Assembly: GCA_043744455.1 (NCBI GenBank)
Contig: JAYTUQ010000138.1
Span: 4,051 to 68,050 of the forward strand
Origin: Saprospiraceae bacterium
Lineage (GTDB): Bacteria > Bacteroidota > Bacteroidia > Chitinophagales > Saprospiraceae
Direction: 5' to 3'
Length of the DNA: 64,000 nucleotides
Under the pieces are notes generated by a model. That model saw nothing but the letters and a program-made list of their open reading frames with translations. It ran no database searches and was not told where the DNA came from. Within the stretch, counting starts at the first letter, position 1, and each line of letters opens with the position of its first letter. The position numbers and the translations under genes are program-made. This document shows positions 49,441 to 58,540 of this stretch, one piece after another.

Positions 49441-49658
49441 ATTGTCTCATAGTTATCTAATGTTTGTTTATAATCCACCAAACCTTCGTTTGCCATATTT
49501 AGCATGTCTTCGTCTTGTGCAACCCGTTTCCATGCATCTGCTTTTTGTTCAATTAATTTCTCATCTGTGATTTCCTTAATCTCAACATAGTTAAGTTGCT
49601 TAATTAAGGTCATGAAAGCATCCGCATACTTCTCTTTGATATTTAATGTTATTTTCAT
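49437..49658 (-). CDS. putative antitoxin of the MazF-like module (73 aa)
   Basis: A small acidic ORF whose TGA stop overlaps the toxin GTG start (GTGA overlap at 49437-49440). Confidence 0.55.
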   Translation of the reverse strand: MKITLNIKEKYADAFMTLIKQLNYVEIKEITDEKLIEQKADAWKRVAQDEDMLNMANEGLVDYKQTLDNYETM

Positions 49659-49768
49659 CTTCTTTTTTTGTACAAAAATAATAATTAGATGAACATTTAT
49701 ACCCGAAAGAGAATAGTTTGCCTAAATCAATTTGCCTAATATATTTATTTTAAAATTTTATTTATTAT

Positions 49769-49843
49769 CTTAAATGCCTTAAATTCCTTAAATGGTTAAA
49801 ATGTAGTTTTTTTTACCATTTAAGGCATTTAAGGCATTTAAGG
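49769..49843. repeat. about 28-bp-stem hairpin composed of tandem CCTTAAATG words
   Basis: CTTAAATGCCTTAAATTCCTTAAATGGT (49769-49796) pairs with ACCATTTAAGGCATTTAAGGCATTTAAGG (49815-49843), with one mismatch. Confidence 0.8.
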
Positions 49844-49901
49844 TTTATACCTAAAAGAGATTAACGTATTGCATATTCATCATTAAAAGATCCATCATTA
49901 C

Positions 49902-50585
49902 TTAGTGTTTTAATCCAGCGATTAAATTAATAGTCAGTGCTACTACAAAGGTGTTAAATGCAAAGGACAGTAACCCGTGTGCTAATACCGTTCTACGAAT
50001 GGCGCGAGAACTTATTTCTACATCCGAAACTTGAAAAGTCATACCAATGACAAAAGAAAAATAAGCAAAGTCGAGATAGTCGGGTTTAGTTTCGCTTGGG
50101 AAATTAAGCGGATTTGCCTCTTGTTTATTATCGTTTTGTTTGAAATAATACATGTGGGCATAATGAAATGTAAATATAGTATGCACAAGCACCCAACTTA
50201 CGACCATTCCCATGACAGATATTACTTCGGTAAGGGTTTTATGGGAATCTATTTTATCAGAAATCATGAGCAATAGAACAGTAAACATACTGGCAGAGGC
50301 ACTAATCAAAATACTGATGAAGACGAAAAGCCGGCTACCATCCTCTTCATTGGCTTTTTGTTCAATTTCCGAAACCGCAAGTTTAAAGAAAAGAAGGAAA
50401 CTTATCGTAACAAATGTTAACGCAAAGGCTACCCAAAGTATACTAACAATGAGTATAAGTTCGAAATCTTGGTTCATAATACCTAAAAAAGTAAGAAAAG
50501 CCACAAAAAGGCTTAGCATTATGCGTTGCAATGGACGCATATTTAAAAGGACATTCTTGCTGTTTTTATCTGTTACTTTTGTCAT
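49902..50585 (-). CDS. DUF1345 family membrane protein
   Basis: Four to five TM helices, plus HYAHMYY and DFAYFSFVIGMTFQVSD, which resemble DUF1345. Confidence 0.65.
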   Translation of the reverse strand: MTKVTDKNSKNVLLNMRPLQRIMLSLFVAFLTFLGIMNQDFELILIVSILWVAFALTFVTISFLLFFKLAVSEIEQKANEEDGSRLFVFISILISASASMFTVLLLMISDKIDSHKTLTEVISVMGMVVSWVLVHTIFTFHYAHMYYFKQNDNKQEANPLNFPSETKPDYLDFAYFSFVIGMTFQVSDVEISSRAIRRTVLAHGLLSFAFNTFVVALTINLIAGLKH

Positions 50586-50867
50586 ATTAAATAAAGTAAA
50601 CCCAATTTTATAAAATTACCTGCAAATGGTGGTATCGTGTCAAGATTGCGCCTCGAAACCATATTTTATTGCCGATTTAAGTGTATCAATGTTTATATCT
50701 TTTAGCGTTTTGAACTTAATGAAGACCACAAGTTAGTGGACTTACCCGTCATGAAGGTTAATAATATTTTTCTCGAAATGCCTTCTTCATATCCAAATAG
50801 CGCACATCATCTTTAGCATTGAACCAATATTGTTTAAAAACAGCGGCGGCTTGTGCTTTTTCATTCG

Positions 50868-51239
50868 TTAAAGCATCGGGCAATTGTGGTAAAAGGTTAT
50901 TGCCTTAGCATATCCAGAATCTGCACGTAATTCAGGGAATTGTAAGCCAAGAATGATGTCTTTTTTATCAATCCCTTTTTCGACTAATTCTTGAGCGATT
51001 AAAATATCAGTCCTGTTTTCTTGTACCCACACCTTTTGGTTGAGAATATCAAAATGGAAAATGACATAAAATTGATAAGTGTCTTTTTGCCAACCACTAT
51101 TAAGCAGTTGGAAATGATTGCCTTCATAATCGGCAATGACTTTAGCATCTAAGCCGTTTTTTTGTTGATTAAAAGCATCTGCATACTCTTTGAGCGTTGC
51201 AACTATGATTTTTTGATATTTTTCTATTTTATCAGCCAT
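50868..51239 (-). CDS. xisI: XisI family protein
   Basis: KYQKIIVATLKEYA...HFQLLNSGWQKDTYQFYVIFHFDILNQKVWVQENRTDILIAQELVEKGIDKKDIILGLQFPELR matches the XisI pattern. Confidence 0.8.
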   Translation of the reverse strand: MADKIEKYQKIIVATLKEYADAFNQQKNGLDAKVIADYEGNHFQLLNSGWQKDTYQFYVIFHFDILNQKVWVQENRTDILIAQELVEKGIDKKDIILGLQFPELRADSGYAKAITFYHNCPML

Positions 51240-51304
51240 TTGTCAATACTTTCAGTTTTAGGTTCAAAAACGACGAGATTAACTTTATAGCGGGGGCAAG
51301 CGAG
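51224..51304 (-). pseudogene. XisH C-terminal remnant
   Basis: Own translation ..LACPRYKVNLVVFEPKTESIDKWLIK* overlaps the xisI ATG. It resembles only the last ~25 aa of XisH, and an in-frame TAG lies immediately upstream. Confidence 0.45.
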
Positions 51305-51358
51305 CTATCGAGAAGTTTTGTCTATTTATAAAACAAAAATTCGTTATTTCAATAAAAG

Positions 51359-51799
51359 GTGTTTAATTTTACCATAAAATTAAAAAAAAGCAGTATGACA
51401 AGTTCTCATAATTCAATCAACCAATTAAGTGTTGAAGACCTTTTTTCAAGTGTTTCGGCGTTGGAAACAAGCGAAATAGAGCTTTTTATGAAAAAAATGG
51501 GTCAATTGGTTGCCCGCAGGAAAACAGTTTCTGCTTCTGAACGTGAGACTGCTTTATTGTTGGCTATAAATCAAGCTATTCCTCAAAAATTACAAGAGCG
51601 TTATACCTTTTTGGTACAAAAATCAGAAGATGAAACGATGAACGCTGATGAAAATAAAGAGTTTTTAAAATTGGTGGACAAAATGGAAACTCAAAATGCG
51701 AAAAGACTTCAATATTTATTAGAATTGGCACAACTAAAGGGTGTTTCACTCACACATATTATGACTCAACTCCACCTTAACCCAAATGTTCAATCTTAA
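51359..51799 (+). CDS. hypothetical helical protein paired with HNH endonuclease (likely start MTSSHNS at 51395)
   Basis: SERETALLLAINQAIPQKLQERYTFLVQKSEDETMNADENKEFLKLVDKMETQNAKRLQYLLELAQLKGVSL. It overlaps the downstream HNH gene by 14 nt. Confidence 0.55.
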   Translation: MFNFTIKLKKSSMTSSHNSINQLSVEDLFSSVSALETSEIELFMKKMGQLVARRKTVSASERETALLLAINQAIPQKLQERYTFLVQKSEDETMNADENKEFLKLVDKMETQNAKRLQYLLELAQLKGVSLTHIMTQLHLNPNVQS

Positions 51800-52220
51800 A
51801 ACAAAACAACTTATCTTTGAAAGGGCTGATTTTTTGTGCGAATACTGCCTCACGCCAATCGCTTTTTCTTCTCAACCCTTTGTATGTGAACACATTATTC
51901 CTACAGTTAAAAATGGCACAAATGAGTTGGACAATTTAGCTGCATCATGTGGTGGCTGCAATGGTCATAAATACACTAAGACAGAAGCATTAGACCCCAT
52001 TACACGTACAATTGTTCCTTTATATAGTCCTCGCAAAATGAATTGGGCAGGACATTTTATGTGGTCTGCTGACTTTTTAAATATTATTGGTATCACAGAT
52101 ATAGGACGTGCAACTGTTCAGACACTGTATTTGAATAGAAAAGGCGTTGTCAATATTCGACGTGTCTTGTTGATTGACGGTATACTATCCCACATCGATT
52201 ACGGATTTTTCCTCGGGTAA
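51786..52220 (+). CDS. HNH endonuclease
   Basis: CEYCLTP..CEHIIP..NGTNELDNLAASCGGCNGHK is an HNH/zinc-ribbon core. Confidence 0.8.
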   Translation: MFNLKTKQLIFERADFLCEYCLTPIAFSSQPFVCEHIIPTVKNGTNELDNLAASCGGCNGHKYTKTEALDPITRTIVPLYSPRKMNWAGHFMWSADFLNIIGITDIGRATVQTLYLNRKGVVNIRRVLLIDGILSHIDYGFFLG

Positions 52221-53110
52221 ATAAACAAAACAGAATCCGATAGAACAGCCGAACCGAAGACACCTATCGCCCCTTTTATTTTTGTTTTAATAAAAACAGG
52301 CTCTACAAAAGGGTTTTGAATGGCTTGCAATTGGTCATCAAGGTCTTTGTAAAATTCGGCTGAATTTTTATCTAATGACTGTATAAATACCCAACCGCTA
52401 TCCCCTTTTTCATACTCAAAAGTGACTTCAATGGGCAAACTTAATTTGCGCCCATCGGCATTTTCATCTGTAAAAACAATGCGCCCAATGTCTTTTACAA
52501 GGAACAATTCCCCTTTTGCTGCGCAAGTATTCTTAAAAACATCTAAAACATGGGCGTGTTTGACGCTGGTATCAATCAGCCGATTCATTTGAAAACGGTA
52601 ATAGTCTTGCGTGCCAACTGGGTCATTAATATCAATGATGACACCGTCGTGACCGCCATAAACATCTACAAATCGGGGCGTGTATTCAATTTTTTCAATC
52701 TTCACCGCTTTTTGATTAATCGTTGTGCTGGCTGAGTAAGTTTTTCCTTCAAAACTGATGTTGAGGGTGTACGTTTTGCCATATTCTGCTATCATATTGC
52801 CTTGATAAAAAGGTTCCCAACGGCATCTGAATTTATTGAAAGTAGAATCGGGCAGCAATATATCTACCGAAGAACCGCTTATGATTTTCACAACTGCCCC
52901 TCGTGCAAATATTTGTTGTGGCGTTACTTTCGCACTGAAAAAAGGATTGCTTTTACTGATAAAAATTTGAGGCTTTTTTCCTGCGTACAACATGGCTTCA
53001 ATAAATACTTGTTCTTTGTGATGGGTGGGAAAGTCAATATTGATGTCTTTTTGACAAGCAATAATAACAAAAATGGTCAAACCAATGACGGAATATGTTA
53101 ATTTTTTCAT
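52199..53110 (-). CDS. DUF4249 family lipoprotein
   Basis: Lipobox IIAC. It sits immediately downstream of a TonB-dependent receptor, which is the usual pairing. Confidence 0.65.
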   Translation of the reverse strand: MKKLTYSVIGLTIFVIIACQKDINIDFPTHHKEQVFIEAMLYAGKKPQIFISKSNPFFSAKVTPQQIFARGAVVKIISGSSVDILLPDSTFNKFRCRWEPFYQGNMIAEYGKTYTLNISFEGKTYSASTTINQKAVKIEKIEYTPRFVDVYGGHDGVIIDINDPVGTQDYYRFQMNRLIDTSVKHAHVLDVFKNTCAAKGELFLVKDIGRIVFTDENADGRKLSLPIEVTFEYEKGDSGWVFIQSLDKNSAEFYKDLDDQLQAIQNPFVEPVFIKTKIKGAIGVFGSAVLSDSVLFIYPRKNP

Positions 53111-53113
53111 GTT

Positions 53114-55405
53114 TTAAAATTTAAAATTAAAAGAAATGCTTGGAATGATGGGCAGCAGCGACACTTGCTTGGCTTGCGGCTGATTACTGAGGGGGTCAAT
53201 TAAAAAATAAATGAAATACGGATTTTGTCTGTTGTAAGTATTATAAAACCCGAAAATCCATTCTATTTCACAAGGTATTTTAAAGAATTTTCGCTTGTTT
53301 TTATACGCCGCCGATACATCAAAACGGTGATAAGCCCCTAACCGATGGTTATTTCTACCTTCATAAATAAAATAATTGCCTTCAAAAATTGACCCTGCAT
53401 TGAGTGCGGCAACACGCCCCGTAGGCAATGTAAAAGGCGCACCCGATGAATAAACAAAGACAGCACTGAGGTTCCATTTAGGGGTCAATTCATAACTCCC
53501 GGTTATAGATAAAACATGTCGCCTATCATATTTAAAAGGAAATTTTTCACCAAAATTTAATTCCTTAAATGTTTGATTTGTCCAAGAGAGCGTGTAGGCA
53601 ATCCAGCCTGTTAGCTTGCCTGTATTTTTCTTTATAAAAAATTCTGCCCCATAACTTTCTCCTTTGCCATACACAAGGCTGCTATCTAAATTTGCTTTGA
53701 GCGTCAACTGATTGCCTTCTGCAAATAAAACTTGATTGTCCATATTTTTATAATAGACTTCAACACTCGCCTCCAAAGCATTGTTATCAAAATTGCTGAA
53801 ATAGCCCAAAGCATATTGCGTAGAAAATTGGGGTTTTGTATTATTGCTTGAAGGAAGCCAAATATCAGTAGGCAAACCCGCCGTTGAGTTAGGAATTAAA
53901 TGCAAAAACTGATTCATTTGCGTATAAGATGCTTTGACAGAATTGGTTGGATTGATGGATAATTTAGCGGTCAAGCGTGGTTCTATGTTAAAATAGGTTT
54001 TATTTTTTATTAAAAAAACAGGTAGCCTTACCCCATAGTTGATGCTGAATTTGTCTGAAATATCGAACTCATCTCGAGCATAAAAAGCCATTTCGTTGGA
54101 ATAAAATTGCTTAAGGCTGTCTTTGTTAATCGTCACCCGATTTCCCCTTCTTGGAATATTGGCTGAAAATGCGGCAGGAAGCAATGTATGATTAGTGAAA
54201 ATAAAGCCTGTTTTTATAGTATGCTTCGAATTGGGAATAATGGTAAAATCTGTTTTAGCTGTTAGGTCTTTTATGCCTGTATAAAGTGCCGAATAATAAG
54301 AGTTTTGCTCCGTACTCAAAGCCAAATGGTAATCATTGTAGATAACGGAAGTATTAGAAAAAACTTGACTGCCAAACAAGTGATTCCAACGTAAAGTACC
54401 TGTTGTATTACCAAAATCTGTTGAATAATTCAAACTATTTGCCGCATTATAAGCCGCATTGTCATTGCCTTTAAAAAAACTAAGAAATAGATGGTCTTTG
54501 TTTCCAAATTCATAATTCATTTTAACATTCAAATCATAAAATTTATAGGAATTGGACGCAGACAGGCGTTTCAAGATTAAATTAACATGAGACTGTCGCC
54601 CTGAAACGATGAATGAAGATTTGTTCTTTTGAATAGGTCCTTGCACGGTGAGGTTGTTGGAAAGCAAACCGATACCCCCCTCAGTATGAAAGCGATTTTT
54701 ATCACCTTCTTTCATCTGAATATCCAAAATAGAACTCAATCTGCCGCCAAATTCAGCTGGAAAGCCGCCTTTAATCAGCTTCACATGGTTAATAGCATTG
54801 ACATTGAAAGTGCTGAATAAACCGAATAAATGGTTGGGATTATAGACAGTGGCTTCATCTAATTGCACTAAATTTTGATCGAGATTTCCACCTCTAACGA
54901 AGTAGCCAGTCGTCCCTTCTTGCCCCGATTGAACGCCCGGCAAAAGCTGAATAATTTTCAAAATATCACGTTCTCCTGCTATGGCGGGCAGGGTCATAAT
55001 GGCGCGCATCGGTACATCAATAACGCCCATTTGAGCGCGTTGAACGTTGTCATTATTACGCGAAGCCTTTATCTCGATTTCGTCTAAAATAGCGGAATTG
55101 ACCAAAAGGTCAATGTCTAAACGCAGGTTTTCTTTAGTAAAAATCTTCTTCGCTTGGGCTTGATAACCGATAAATGAAATGACCAAACCAATGGTATCCG
55201 CTGCTGAAATGGTGAGCGAATAATAGCCATATTCATTAGCGGTCGTACCACTTTTGGATTGAGGTGAGTAAATAGTAGCGCCAATCAAGGCTTCCTTGCT
55301 TTTTTCAGCTTTGATATAGCCGCTTATTGTGACGGTTTGGGCTGAAACCATTAAATCTTGAAGCATTATCAGCAAAAAAGAAAGGAAAATAAGGTATTTT
55401 TTCAT
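53114..55405 (-). CDS. TonB-dependent receptor with N-terminal carboxypeptidase-regulatory-like domain
   Basis: Signal peptide, then VTISGYIKAEKSKEALIGATIY (CarboxypepD_reg), a plug region (LPGVQSGQEG), a long beta-barrel and a C-terminal ..SISFNFKF. Confidence 0.85.
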   Translation of the reverse strand: MKKYLIFLSFLLIMLQDLMVSAQTVTISGYIKAEKSKEALIGATIYSPQSKSGTTANEYGYYSLTISAADTIGLVISFIGYQAQAKKIFTKENLRLDIDLLVNSAILDEIEIKASRNNDNVQRAQMGVIDVPMRAIMTLPAIAGERDILKIIQLLPGVQSGQEGTTGYFVRGGNLDQNLVQLDEATVYNPNHLFGLFSTFNVNAINHVKLIKGGFPAEFGGRLSSILDIQMKEGDKNRFHTEGGIGLLSNNLTVQGPIQKNKSSFIVSGRQSHVNLILKRLSASNSYKFYDLNVKMNYEFGNKDHLFLSFFKGNDNAAYNAANSLNYSTDFGNTTGTLRWNHLFGSQVFSNTSVIYNDYHLALSTEQNSYYSALYTGIKDLTAKTDFTIIPNSKHTIKTGFIFTNHTLLPAAFSANIPRRGNRVTINKDSLKQFYSNEMAFYARDEFDISDKFSINYGVRLPVFLIKNKTYFNIEPRLTAKLSINPTNSVKASYTQMNQFLHLIPNSTAGLPTDIWLPSSNNTKPQFSTQYALGYFSNFDNNALEASVEVYYKNMDNQVLFAEGNQLTLKANLDSSLVYGKGESYGAEFFIKKNTGKLTGWIAYTLSWTNQTFKELNFGEKFPFKYDRRHVLSITGSYELTPKWNLSAVFVYSSGAPFTLPTGRVAALNAGSIFEGNYFIYEGRNNHRLGAYHRFDVSAAYKNKRKFFKIPCEIEWIFGFYNTYNRQNPYFIYFLIDPLSNQPQAKQVSLLPIIPSISFNFKF

Positions 55406-55529
55406 TTTGTCAGTTTTGAAACAATACGAGATATTCTGTTGGGGGAGATGATACCCCCTCAGTATAAAAGCATTATTTTATAAAAAAATGGTGGAATGTT
55501 GATTAATAAATCAACTGAGAAAAGTAACA

Positions 55530-56012
55530 TTACCGCTCGCATATTTTTGCATTGCCATCCGCATTAGTGATGACTTCTTTTTCAACTTTGGTTGTTTTCT
55601 CTTTAATATCTACTTCGTATTGGACAGTGCCATTGGCTAAAGTAATTTTATCGGCATCTTTAGGTAGATTATAATTCGGGTAATTGGTTGAGAAAAATGT
55701 CTGTACCGCAGTCGGTAAAGCACTGTATTTAATCTCTTCTTCTTTTAAGATAAATGTATTTTCATTGCTGAAAAAGAGTGTAATATCATCTGAATTTTTC
55801 TTTTCCAACTCAACTTCAATACCGGCTGTGCCATTGCAAAGCGTGTCTTTTTGTGCTTCATCAATCTTATAATCAGCATAATTTGTTGAAATATAAGTAG
55901 TTATGGCAGCGGGCAATGTAGCAATATTTATGCTGTTTTCATTGCTTTCTTTATGACAAGCCAACAGACCAGTTAAGCTAATAGCAGCGATGCCTAAGAT
56001 TAAATTTTTCAT
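55530..56012 (-). CDS. PepSY-like (DUF2874) lipoprotein
   Basis: Lipobox LLAC. The motifs LPAAITTYISTNYADYKI and LPTAVQTFFSTNYPNYNL form a duplicated pair. Confidence 0.65.
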   Translation of the reverse strand: MKNLILGIAAISLTGLLACHKESNENSINIATLPAAITTYISTNYADYKIDEAQKDTLCNGTAGIEVELEKKNSDDITLFFSNENTFILKEEEIKYSALPTAVQTFFSTNYPNYNLPKDADKITLANGTVQYEVDIKEKTTKVEKEVITNADGNAKICER

Positions 56013-56107
56013 TTTATGAATGTTTAATTTAAAAAAAATTGATTTATAATCTTTACGGAAAGTAGTGTTTCAAACGCTGCGTATTATTGAAAAATATTGC
56101 GATTAAC

Positions 56108-57271
56108 TCAAAAGTCAAACAGAAAACCGCTATTTATGCCCAATATTCTATGCTTTTGCCAGTTGTTTGTAGTGATGTTAACCCGATAGTCAGCCCCGAT
56201 TTTCCAACGGTATTGCTTGGATAATCGCTTTTCAAATCCGACATCGAAAAGGAGGAAACCCCATTGCGTTTCATGCCGTTTGACCATTTGGTCAATATCT
56301 AAAACGGTTCCCAAACTGCTGTTTTTGAATTCATAACCCACTTCATAAGGCAACGAAGTGACCGCCCCAAAGCCTAACCCAATATAAGGTTGCCAACCTT
56401 TTGGGCTATCAAAACGATAGCGGATACCTGCCATATATTGTATGGTCGGTTGCTTAATAATAGCGCGATTAAAAGGATAAGTTCTATCAGGCGACAGTAT
56501 GACAGGCACGCCAATCACATCGCTCATTTTATCAACATTATAACTAATTTGAGCATAATGAGCATCCGCCCAAAGTGATAAGTTCGGCGAAAAAAACACA
56601 GCACCACTCAAACCCCATTTGAAACCTGAAGGATGACTCAAACCATCACCAAACGGAAATAATAGACCTGCCGAAATGCCCAAACCATAATCCTTAGGAC
56701 GCAAAACTTCAAGGCGTTGTGCAAGCGTTTTATGCTCATTTTTTATGATTGGGAAATTGCCTAATACCAATAATTCATTTTGTTTTTTTAATTTTAAAGG
56801 AGCGATTGGAATAGTATTTAATTTTTCTAAACTATTGAAATTTTCTGTTGCATTAATAGGCGTATTGATTGTATTATTTTTTTGAAAATTATTATAATTT
56901 GAGGGTAAATAAGACACAATCGTTTCTCTTAAAATCCGTGTTTTATAAATCGTATCTCGTTCAATGATGGTGTTTATTTTATAAATAGTATCAGATTGAA
57001 TGACAATTGTTTTAGAATTAACAGCCTCAAAACGACTATTAAGTGCGGTCACTTCCAGTTCGGTATTTTTCATTTTATGATAGAAAAACCAATTAGCAGC
57101 TAATGAGCATAATAATAAAGGCGCAAGCCCCCACAGCAGCCACATACTGAGGGGGTGCTTAGTCTTCTGCGGGGGAAGTTGTTTTTCTAAAGCTAACCAA
57201 TCTTTTTCTACAAAAGGCGGTTCCGGTCTATTGTCAAGATTATCTTGAAATTGTTTGAAAAAATTATCCAT
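56108..57271 (-). CDS. putative anti-sigma factor / membrane protein with C-terminal beta-barrel-like domain
   Basis: Lies 3 nt downstream of the ECF sigma gene. Single TM (LSMWLLWGLAPLLLCSLAANWFFY), with a C-terminus rich in alternating aromatic/Gly beta-strands. Confidence 0.55.
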   Translation of the reverse strand: MDNFFKQFQDNLDNRPEPPFVEKDWLALEKQLPPQKTKHPLSMWLLWGLAPLLLCSLAANWFFYHKMKNTELEVTALNSRFEAVNSKTIVIQSDTIYKINTIIERDTIYKTRILRETIVSYLPSNYNNFQKNNTINTPINATENFNSLEKLNTIPIAPLKLKKQNELLVLGNFPIIKNEHKTLAQRLEVLRPKDYGLGISAGLLFPFGDGLSHPSGFKWGLSGAVFFSPNLSLWADAHYAQISYNVDKMSDVIGVPVILSPDRTYPFNRAIIKQPTIQYMAGIRYRFDSPKGWQPYIGLGFGAVTSLPYEVGYEFKNSSLGTVLDIDQMVKRHETQWGFLLFDVGFEKRLSKQYRWKIGADYRVNITTNNWQKHRILGINSGFLFDF

Positions 57272-57274
57272 TTT

Positions 57275-57865
57275 CTACAATGATTTGTATTTTATTGTTG
57301 CCGCTTGCCCATTTTTAGGTAAACGATGAACGAGCATGTCTCTCAATTTTTCTTTGGCGCGAGCTAAATTGGCTCTTGACGTACTTTCTGTAATACCGAG
57401 CATCGAAGCAATCTCTTTATGATTATATTCTTCCATCACATAGAGGTTAAAAACCATTCGATACTGAGGGGGTAAGGCTTGTACAAGGGGCAAAGCATCT
57501 TCTTCTGATGACAAAACAGGCAAAGGCAATTCATCATCTAAGAGATAAATCACCGAATCAATATCTATTGTCGTTGGAAATTTATGTTGAGCGCGGTGAT
57601 AATCAATAGCAGAATGTATCAAAATACGCCGAAACCAAGGCTTAAACGGCTGTTCTATATTGTATTGATGGAGTTTAGAAAAAACTTTTATGAAAGCATC
57701 ATTCAATATTTCGACAGCTTCTTCCCGATTGTATGCATATCGCAACCCAATACTCAGCCCGTAGCCGTAGTACAGTTCATACAACGCCCGCTGACAATTC
57801 CGATTTTCTTTTTTACACCCTTCAAGAATTCGGAGGACATCTTTTTCGCTGGTATTTTTCATCAT
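57275..57865 (-). CDS. ECF-type RNA polymerase sigma-70 factor
   Basis: Region 2 (ELYYGYGLSIGLRYAYNREEAVEILNDAFIKVF) and region 4 (YNHKEIASMLGITESTSRANLARAKEKL). Confidence 0.85.
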   Translation of the reverse strand: MMKNTSEKDVLRILEGCKKENRNCQRALYELYYGYGLSIGLRYAYNREEAVEILNDAFIKVFSKLHQYNIEQPFKPWFRRILIHSAIDYHRAQHKFPTTIDIDSVIYLLDDELPLPVLSSEEDALPLVQALPPQYRMVFNLYVMEEYNHKEIASMLGITESTSRANLARAKEKLRDMLVHRLPKNGQAATIKYKSL

Positions 57866-58022
57866 TACAATAGACAGTACGAAGGCGTTGGATGAAAATG
57901 CTGCGTGAAAATTCTATTATTAGCAATTTAACCCATTCTTACCCCAAATTTCTTATTTATTTAGTATAAAATGGAAGAATGAATGATTTTTCACAACTTT
58001 CTAAAAGGAGAGGCATTTCTGA

Positions 58023-58367
58023 AGCAAAATTGCAAGATTTAGTAGAAAAACAAACGTCAAAACCTATAATTGGAATGCCAACAGTCAATATTTTAGCGGT
58101 TATGTTGAAACATATTTCACTTACGATTTCAATCAACCGACAAGCCATGAACGGGCAGCATTTTTATATAATCATAATCGGCACAATGAGGTTAATATTA
58201 ATTTGGCATATTTAAAAGCTGCTTACAGCCATACTAAAGTTCGAGCCAATTTGGCTTTAATGGCTGGCACTTATACCAATGCTAATTTGGCAGCAGAAAA
58301 TGGTGTTTTAAAAAATATTTTTGAAGCCAATGTGGGTTTCCAATTGGGCAATGAGTTGTTCTTCTAA
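58023..58367 (+). pseudogene. fragment of an outer-membrane beta-barrel (porin-like) gene
   Basis: Own translation ..NSQYFSGYVETYFTYDFNQPTSHERAAFLYNHNRHNEVNINLAYLKAAYSHTKVRANLALMAGTYTNANLAAENGVLKNIFEANVGFQLGNELFF*. There is no start or signal peptide, and only about 115 codons are open. Confidence 0.5.
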
Positions 58368-58540
58368 TATTTGTTCCGACTGTCTGGACATTCTTGTATT
58401 TCTATGCTTTTAGGTAAATTTTTTACTGTGATACCCCCCTCAGTATTTTTTATCATTTTATACTCAATTGAAAATAGTTTACCTAAAAACAAAGGGGTTT
58501 TCAACGCTTTAAATTATTCATTATCAACTATCCATTAACG

